DNA of 64,000 bases from Chrysomallon squamiferum (taxonomy: Eukaryota > Animalia > Mollusca): the NCBI GenBank assembly GCA_012295275.1, contig CM022671.1:26102001-26166000 (forward strand), read 5' to 3'. The notes below the pieces were generated by a model. It had not been told where the DNA came from and did no database searches. It saw only the letters and a list, made by a program, of their open reading frames with translations. Positions 1 to 10,527 of this stretch are shown piece after piece. Position numbers and translations under genes: made by a program. Numbering within the stretch: position 1 is the first letter of the stretch; each line of letters opens with the position of its first letter.

Positions 1-132
1 GTTTGTCTGAAGCTGTTTAATTAAATCCTTCTAGCATCACAACAAGCACCTGGACTGAGGCTACTGCAGCAATGAGAAAGACTTGGTAAATGAGAGACTG
101 GCATAACGTATTCCCAGCAGCATACAGGTTCA

Positions 133-3100
133 TCAATAGTTGCCTCCCGTTAGAAATGAGAAGTGGGCAAACTGACTATTAATGGGTGTCTTTGGAGATG
201 CACACATGTATCTGAAGTCCAAATCAAATGAATCAGTCCTGTGAATAGCAGGTTCTGACTTGCTTCGCTTTATCTTCGGTATCGATATATACAAGTTTTC
301 CAGAATGGCTAGAATCTGCAAAAAACAAATGAAAGTAGAGAAATAAATTTCTTAAAAAAAGAAAAAAAGAAGAAAAGTGAAAGAGGAAGAGAAAAAGCTT
401 GTTTTAAAATTCCAAACCAAAAAATTATCACATTACAATAGAACTAAATTACAATGAATTTTAAAAAAAGAAGTCCCACCATTTATGGAATCAGCAATAA
501 TTATGTATCCTTCATACCATTTATTAACTTTTGTTTTCTTTCCCTAACGATACTTTTAGCAACAAAAATAAACTTCTGTTGTTAAATTAAATAATTATAT
601 TCTCACCTGAGGAAACAAAGGTCTGTTGTTCCAGTCATACTGAACACAATCCTGCATCAAACGCTTGTAAATTTTGGGTGCGTCATTCCTAGCCTTTGAG
701 ACATCAATCCTCAAATATCCTTTTCCAACCATAAACAAGATCTGAATTTAAAATTTAAAAATTTAAAAATAAATTTGTATGCCTCTAAATATTAAATGTC
801 AAAACAAATAACTGGTAAATAATACATAAATGGAAATTCACTGACATTTAATATTAAACTAAATTTTGGTCTAAATTTTTATCATGAGAAAATATTTATT
901 ATTTATCTACTACAGAAAAATATATTTTATTGTAATGAAATATTCTGTTAGCTGTTATATTTTAATTGATTTAACTCAGTTACACTGAAAATAAGGCAAA
1001 AATGTTTGAGTTTATACATAAAATTGACATTAAAAGTCAGGAAGTACTGTTCAATTTTAATTTATTTCTGAGAATACAATTATTAAAATTATTTCTTGTA
1101 CACATACAAAACAAAATATCAAGTATTATTTATGGATGTTTTTACAAATATATCATATACACATATTTCTACCAGGTATAATAATATTACTTGACTTCTG
1201 ATTATATTCAATTTCCCATTTAAAAAAATAATAATAATAATAACAATCCTGTCAGTGCAAAAACACAAATAAAACTGTATGGTTGATGGAAAAACCGATA
1301 ATCATTTGTAAGAACAAAGAGAAAGTAGAAAATGGTGCAATGCTGATGGAAAAACACTCAATTATTTTAACTAGGAACAAAAAATAATGTGACTGTGTAA
1401 CAGAATATAGTCTTTTTAAAATGAATGGAATAAATAAATAGTTTCACTCTACCTGCATCTGATCAGATACACCCACCTGATCTTTGTTATTAATGTGTTT
1501 GTAAGGCAACTCCTGTGTGACTAGCTCATACAACACAATACCAAATGCATACACATCTGATTGGAAAGTATATGGATTTGGAACTTTCATCTGGATAACT
1601 TCAGGAGCCTACAACAGAAAAAAATGAATTAAAATTAACTTTTCTCTGTTTTTTTCTTGTTAAACCTTTACTTTATATAATGTGAATTTTATATTTTTTG
1701 TTTTGGCTTAATAGTATCATTAGTCAATATAAAAACTAGTAAACAAACAAAAGAATAAAATTGATTTATCTATTTCATATTCATCTGAAAGTATTTTGTA
1801 ACCGCAATAAATGGATGGCCATGTCAAGATTCCTACATATCCGGTTTCTAGGTTTTAAAATCACATAATGACCTGTATATCGCTAAACTTTCATTTTCAT
1901 AGATCTTATTATCAAGTAGTTAAAAAAAGAACAGAAGAAACAGAGAAATTTACCATCCACAATATGGAACCTGAAGGTTGCTGAAATTGGTGGGAACCAC
2001 TCCATCGAGTTTTCACTGTGGCCAACCCGAAGTCACCAATCTTTACCATCATATTCTCAGTCATCACTTCAGTCAAAAATATGTCTTTTCCCAGTTAAGA
2101 AAATAAAAAGTAACTATTCCACTCATATATTCCACTCATTAATTCAATTCAAGACTCCAGTACTTAAAAATATGATTCTACCATTATTAATTAACAAATT
2201 CAATAAACTAAATCACCTCCAGTTTTATTTAAATATCTTTCTTCATTAATTTCAAATGAACATTCTGATATTCTGTTATTTTTCACTTTATTAATTAAAT
2301 GATCTAATTAGGTCTACAGTTTGGGTTCAACCCTGTTTCCAGTCAATATAAATTTATTATTCAATCTCATTTAATTACTGTACCTAATTGAACACTTGCT
2401 GAATATAAAATGGAAATGGACTTTGTTTTAGGGAATTTAAAAATGTTTAATTTATAACTAAAGTAATAACTAACTAATTAGCTACATAAATATATAACTG
2501 ATAAACAAAATTAATAAATAAAAATAATTAGAAGTCAAAATAAAGAGAAAAAAAAAGGATAAAATTTAGAGTTTTGGTAGTGACAAAATAAAAATAAAAG
2601 GATACTGTTTGACTTGAGATCTCTGTGGATAATATTCTTTGCATGAAGATAACTGAAATGAAAAAACAAAGCAACCATCATTACCATTATTTGTTACCAA
2701 TAAAAAAATCCAACATAATAGTACAAAAATAAAAATATAATTTAAATACAGTGGTACCTTGACTTACAAGTTTAATTTGTTCCATGACCGAGCTTGTATC
2801 CCAAGTGAAATTAATTGAAATACCATTAATCCGTTCCAGCCCCCCAAAACCACCCCATTTTTTTTCTTATTTGTAATGTGTTTTTAAATAAGAAAAATAT
2901 ATTTACAAATGACAAATATTATATAAAAAAAAAAAAAAAAAAAAAAGAGAATGTAAAGAAGTAAACTGGTTTGTAAAGTGTATTTATCTTGGAGATCAGA
3001 CAAATTATTTCAATGCCTTTGGCTGGAGTTACAGCTTTTATCAACACTTTCAGCTTCAGTATGGTACATATTGTTGAAGTACTTTGCCTGTACTGCCTAG

Positions 3101-3933
3101 ACATGTCGATTACATGCACCTCACTCATTTTTTTCAATGAATTCAAACTTTAATTCAATGGACATTATCCGCTTCTTCTCCACACATTATCTTAGGGTCC
3201 ATGGCCAGAAAAAAGAAATTTGACAAAATACTGCTCAAAACTCGAGCACAACACAACAGAAATGCTTCGACGTCAAGGTAACCACGTGAAGTAAACAAGT
3301 GAGATGTGGGATGCTGGGTGGATGTTGTGTTGTTTGTTGCAACAACTAGTAGCGGTGTATCTGAAGCTCGCTTTAATCTGGATTTTTGCTTGCAAACAAA
3401 AAATTGACTGGGTGACTGCTCATAACTAAAAAAAACTTTTAAGTCGAGGTACCACTGCAGTTTGATTTCTTGTAAAACTTCAATTACAAAAAATTTCCCA
3501 CATTTTAGCATGATTTTAATAATCAATGCTATTTCACACTACATACATAAAAGTTATATTAAAATAAGCTATTTTTCATGCATTTGATTGTTTTAATCCA
3601 TATATAGACAAACATATGATTAAAAATTAAAATATTTATGATTAAAGAAAATAGATACACATAAACAATAATAAAAAAAATGAGAATAAACAGATATATT
3701 CACAAACGCATACAAAAATAAATAAAAATAAAACAACAGAAGATTAAACAAAATATAAACACACATATACAGCATGGCAAAAAAATAAAAAAATAAAATA
3801 AAAAGTAAACAAACAAAAAATCAGTTGCATGAAAAAATAGCTTATTTTTGTATACATGTTTTTCACAATAAAACAGTCAAAAGAAAAGAAAATAAATAAA
3901 TAAATAAATAAATAAATAAAATAAATTAAAAAA

Positions 3934-3966
<33 letters not shown>

Positions 3967-6900
3967 TTCTTATGTGGTCTAAATCAAAGTTGACAAAGCA
4001 ATACTTACTCCATTCCTTGAGCTGTCTGCTTAGCAATGAGAATAAGCTGATCCATTCGAAATTTTGTTTCTTTCACATGCAGATGTTTGTAGAGACTGTG
4101 ACCGTCACACCACTGAGTGACAATCTCCAAGTGAGGTTTAGACAGGCAACCCATAAATAGCAAAATATTACAATGTCTAGTCTTCCTGCAAACAGTAATC
4201 AAGTATATGTTATGGTAACTGGATTTTGTTTTTGTGCAGTGCAATTAAACCATTATTAGTAAAATATATCAAATCTATTACAATGTCTAGTCTTCCTGCA
4301 AACAGTAATCAAGTATGTTATGGTAACTGCATTTTATTTTTGTGCAGTGCAGTTAAACCATATCATGAAAAATTGTATCAAATATATTAGAATTTCTAGT
4401 CTTCCTGCTAACAGTAATTAACTATATTATAACAACTGGATTTTGTTTTTGTACAGTTCAGTTAAAGCGTATCAGAAAAATATATCAAATATAAATATAT
4501 ATATTACAATTTCTAGTCTTCTTGCAAAGAATGATCAAGTATATTATGGTAACTGGATTTTGTTTTTGTACAGTTCATTTAAACCATATCAGTAAAATAT
4601 ATCAAATATATTACAATGTTTAGTCTTCCTGCAAACAGTAATCAAGTCTGTTATGCTAACTGGAATTTTGTACAGTTCAGTTAAGTGTATAAGTAAAATA
4701 TGTCAAATTTATTACAATTTCTATTCTTCCTGCAAAGAGTTATCAGATACATTGTAGTAATTCAGTTTCTTTTTTGTACAGTGCAATTAGATTCAATTAA
4801 AACATATTAGTAAAATTTATAAAATTAAAATAATTTTCATGGAGAAAATTTAAATGTTGGCTAAATATATAAAACAGAAAAAACACAACTGAAAATAAAT
4901 TTGTTTACAACTTTCCTTTTACAAAATTTTATCTTCTGATTATGATTAAGTTATTAATTCAGACTCAAAAGAATTTTTATATATTTTGTGTATGTTTTTA
5001 AAAAGTGTGTCTGACTAAATTATAATTAAAATCTTCATGCAATAATGAATAAATATTATTTACTTTATACATACTTAATCCTTGAGTATTTTTAAAATGT
5101 TACAATAATCATATCATTTTGAAAATCCATGTTCTTTTAAATTTAGCATCTTTGAAAAGTAAAATGATGTTACCTCAACACTGCAACCTCGTTTTTAAAG
5201 GCATGCATTTGAGCTGGTGTGGGGTCCGTAACATTCAGTTTTTTAACAGCAACTGGTCCATGCCAGTGGGCCTTGTATACTGTTCCAAATGATCCCGATC
5301 CAATTCGTTGATCATACACGATCTCAGAACTCTGAATCTCCCAGTCTTCATTTGAATCACGTCTTGCTCTCTGAAAATAAATATTTTCAAGTTTCCCAAA
5401 CATCTTAGATACAAGTGAAAAAAAAAAAAAAAAAAAAAAATAATGAAATAAACAATTTTTTGTACTGTTGGAATGCTTCTTGTTTTCATGTTTCCAAAAC
5501 ATCAATTAAAGCATATCAATAAAATAAATAGTAATCACACACATCTCAATAATTACATTACTTTTTTATGTAGTACAATTTGGCACTATTAAAGCAAAAA
5601 TAAAAACCAGATTTCTAATGGGACTGCAACAAATTAGTTTTGAATTATGATTTAAAATTATTACATCAACTGCAAGACAACATACCCTCTTTCCTGGCTC
5701 TGTTTCCACAGACTTTGCCCGAGGTCGAACGTATTTCACCTGACTTGTTGGTGAAGACTGTGCACTCTTAGTGGGACTTCCACTGGTACCGGCCATGTTG
5801 CCTGGCAACGTCAGTGTGTTCGAAACACTTCCTTCAAATACATAATATGTCAAATTAATCTTCATATTTTTGTTTGAGAATTTCTGCTGGAACATAAAGT
5901 TCTGCATTAAAAAATTAAGAAGAATATGATGAAAATATGTAAAATTATGTGGATTTTTATTTTTTAATGCATAGAGTGGTAATTAAAATCTACTTCAGGT
6001 ATTTTTTGAAATCCTTTGAATTCCATAAAATATCTGTATTGGACTTTAAAAACAAAAACAGTGAAAAAAAAGATGAAAGTATTTCTGATTTTGTATGTGA
6101 TCTAAAGCTATTATGGAAAATATTAAAACAAGTTAGGAAAATAAAGATTTAAATTTTATATTTTAAATATTATAGAAATCAAATTACATACACTTCTCCC
6201 CAAACCCAACCCCCCTAAAAAAAAAAAAAAAATAATAATAATTGAGATAAATAAAGATATAAAAAATAATGGTTGAAATTATTTGCACAATTAAATTCTG
6301 CTAGCAAAATTTCTGCAAAAAGAGTTAAATTATGAAAATATGTTCATTTTTTTTTGGCACACCTGTTTAACAAATGACAGAATTTTATGTTGCTTGATAT
6401 TAATTTTCCAGTAATCAATTGTTTTTTTAATACAGGATGTAGTTTTATTAATCCATCATAAGAACAATAAATTATAACATTAAAAAGTTATTTATTACAA
6501 TAACTGAAAATAACAGTGCGTTAACCTCAGTTCTTTTAATTAATGCAATTATAAATCATATAAATTAAAAGAGGAAACAAAAGAAAGTTATAATAAAAAA
6601 ACAATTCAAACAAAACTTAGCAACAAACTGAAAAATAAGGTAACATGCAGAAAAAAAAAAAAAAAAAAAAAAATTTGTTTTGAAAATTGAAACAGAAAAA
6701 GTCCTCCTCCACCCCCCCAAAAAAAAATTCACACAAAATATTACACTAATCATTCACTGATTTATACAAAACTCAGGCTCTGAAATAAGTGAAAAGTTAT
6801 AAAAAAATTCCTGGATCAATATCAAATTTCCCCAGTACTGCTATTATTAAGAATTTATCAATTTAAAATCATTTTATTTTATTTTCCCATAATGTTTTTC

Positions 6901-8851
6901 TCCAATTCTTAACAGTTAAAAAAAATGACACATGAAGATTTATCATAATAATGTAGTATTCATATATTTCAACAATTAAAGGAAGAAAATAATCTATAAT
7001 ACAGTGCTGAAAGCACATTAAAATTTAAAAAAAATACAGTAATATATAAAATAACAGTATTTATGATATAGTTTTAACTTGTTTTTTTTGAGTTTTTTTT
7101 ATTTTATATATTTCAGATTTTGTTAAAATTAATATATGAAATTCTACTTTATCTCTTATAAAAAAAATGATTCAAATCAATGAACATTCTTAATTAAACT
7201 ATCCTATAAATCTATAACAACCATACCACATTACAGTTCAAATAACTTGTATTAGTAAACAAACAAAAATTAACATAGTCCCAGTGTATGAAAACTATTT
7301 CTCAAAGTGTACACAAAATTAACTGTAAAACAAGAAATTTCAAATTCAAATATAAAAATAAAAGTAAAAAGTTTAAAAATATATTTTAAACTATTCCAAT
7401 ACTGCAAAAATGAAAATATTCAAGCAAAGTACTTGTAAATAATTATCTTTTACAGAATGTGTGTGTGTGTGTGTATGTTTAAAATCATTAACAACAAAAA
7501 AAAACCATGTATACTATTATAAATATTTCCTGTTAACCCATTTAATGAAAAGCTAACATTATATTTTAGTCTGCTAAATTTTTTTTTCTGAGATTATGTC
7601 TTCTTGTATTTAATATTTCCATTTCCTTATTCTTAAATTAATCAAATTAAATTATTCAAATCCAGTATTATGAAAAAATATAAAATAATACAAGTAATGA
7701 AACTGAAAAAAATATCTGCAATATTTACTTTTTCAAAGTTTACTACCAGGTTATTTCACTTTTACAGTACAAAACAAACAAACAAACAAAAAAATCTGAA
7801 TGTATGAATTACTGTGGGGGGAATTATGCTGTTAAACTGGATGTAACTCCATGCTGAACGGGAAGAAACTCAACAAAATATAACTGAATGGTTGTGACCA
7901 GACATTTTTCGGTGGATTGGTTTTGGCTTAATATCTCAAGACAACTGTACCTATATAAAAATTTAAGTCCTATTCTGACTTCTATACTCTATTATTACTT
8001 GTTTTAAATTTAACAGTAATAACAAATGTAACAATAATAATAACAAAATTAATTACATAATAATAATAATAATAATAATAATATAAATTAACATTTAAAA
8101 AAAAAATCATTTTTAAAATTATTACAAATTAAAGTTTATTTAATGCAAAAAATATTAGTTATACTTAATAACTCCATAATAAGTAATGTAATTTTTAATC
8201 TAACTTATTTTATTTATTTCAGATTTTCAAAAACATGTAAGTGTAATACAAAACTTTGGTTTAGCATTAGTTGGTTATTGCTATTAACTTGTATGCTATT
8301 AAATGTCAAATTAAAAACTGATATTATAAAGGCATATTAAGGAAAGACTTTCAAATTAATTTTTTTTATTAAATATAAAAATATTATTAACAAAAAAGAT
8401 TTTTTAAAAATCAACCAATTCCCCAAATAGGAAGAAAAAAAAAGAAAAGTATTAATTTAAAAATAAAATGTTTGTTTTCACAAAATATTAAAAAGTAGAA
8501 GAAAAAGTTAAAATCTCCACCATAACAATGTCACGTCTTTTTACCACTTTGTTAGAATTAGCCAAACTTTCAAATCTCCCAATTAAAAGGGAGATAATCA
8601 TGCCTATCTCACCCATTGGTCCCCTTTGACTAGGCCCAAAGAAAGGCTTAGAGGGAGATGGTGCACTACTATCACTAGCATGTCTCTTATCTTTGTACAT
8701 GCTATAGCGGTTACTGGCTGCCACAGGAACTCCTGTAAGTGACGCAAACAACATAAAATGCAACTGAAATTATATCCCCTTTATTTCCATTTGCCACAAC
8801 CAAATTCATTATTTTTTTTCCTTGTTATATTCAGCAACACTGTCAAATTTA

Positions 8852-8885
<34 letters not shown>

Positions 8886-10495
8886 GTAACAACAATAAAT
8901 AAATAAATAAATAAATAAATAAATTAAAACACTTTAGAAAAATCTCTGCCTGATTTTTCACAATATTCAAAGCAGAATTATAATGAATAATAAAACAAAT
9001 TATTTTACTTCAAAGATGTTGCAGAAAATCTACAAATTTTTGAAAGTTAAAATAATACTTACCTAAAGCTTTTGTATTTCTACCAAGATCTCTAAATCGG
9101 CGATTAAATTCCTGGTGTGCAAAATTAAAAAATTTTAGAAGTGGAAATAATAATAATAACAATGGCATGAACAAAAATTCAGCATAATAAAACTATTTTA
9201 GTTTTCTGATTCTAAAAAAAAACCTCTCAACATTTTAAAATATTTTTATCAGATAATATCTTTTTCCAATTAATGTTTATGTTAATTATCATCTTAAAAT
9301 TTAATAATAATAATAATAATTAAATATATTTAGATTTTTGTTTTTTTTAGTTTAGAACAGAAAAAAAGAAATATTTATCACTTTACTGTAAAACAAAAAC
9401 AATAGTACACATGTTAAAACAATGTTTATATTAATGAAATATGTCAAGAGGAATAATGAATCAAACCATTTAAGAACATTTCACATGACACAACATGTAG
9501 CACCAGTTAGTTAATATTTCACTGACAAGAATATCCTATTTCAAGATTTTATCTGTTAGCTAACATTATTGTACAACGTATACGTTTTGTTCATGCACAC
9601 TGATGTTTTGAAACTATGCAGATTCTTACCACACTAACATCACAGTAAATCTGAAACCAAAGAAGGCTTATAATCAAAAGGAATTTCTGACAAATACTGT
9701 TAACATTAGCCCAAAGGAGAAGTTGTAAATGACAGAATATCAATATTTAACTAAAATCTTACCTGCTGGGTTATTTCTCCATTGTCGATCATGTTAGAAC
9801 ATACATTAGGTGCTGATGTTGACCGTTCTCGCTGACCAAGCTGAGGAGCTGGGGGTCGACTTCTGTGTCCAGTTCTTGGAGAAGGCAAACCCTGACTCTT
9901 ACCAGCTGCCATCTGGTCAGCCAGAAACCTGTAACAGATATTTCAGTGTGGAATGAACTGGATTATTTTCATAAACATGCACTGCTGAAGTGGACTTGTC
10001 TGGCCAGATCTTGGCTACAATTTATTTGGCATTAATCTGCCTCAGAAAGTTTAATGTTAAAAAAGAAAAAGAAAACGATGGCGTGATAGCAAGTGATATC
10101 GAATAAAACAAAATGCAATGTATCTGTTAATAGTTACAAAATAAGGTCATATTAAAAAAGAAGTTATTTTAACTTACTGTCTGATCTGTTCACGAGAATT
10201 ATCTCTCCGTGCTCTGAAATAAATCTCAAGGTCACCCTGGCATGTCCTTGGGACTTTATCTTCACAGCGCTGATGAAATTTGAGACCACACGTTTGACAG
10301 CGAAAGCCTTGAAACAATAGGTTTCTGCACATATCACAGAATGTCAATGAGAAAAAGGTTTTTCTACCCTGAAATAACGAGATTTAATTTAATTAGGAAA
10401 TAGTGTGTTCATTAATCTACCATGAGAAAGAATTAACAGGATATGCCAATTTGAGTCAAGTCTAGTATATTGGTGATTTAAAAAAACAAAAAATG

Positions 10496-10527
<32 letters not shown>

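Noticed and set aside
3155-3526. 123-aa ORF as an independent gene
   Set aside because: It lies across the Tigger-like element's end, and only its last residues resemble a transposase start.
4166-4822. Regularly spaced repeats as a CRISPR-like array (also 38093-38326, 44144-44416, 50430-50915)
   Set aside because: Whole units are homologous with no unique spacers, there are no cas genes, and the context is eukaryotic introns.
9929-10020. Upstream alternative acceptors extending Raf exon 9928-9763
   Set aside because: Each AG I tested leads to an in-frame TGA before the exon.
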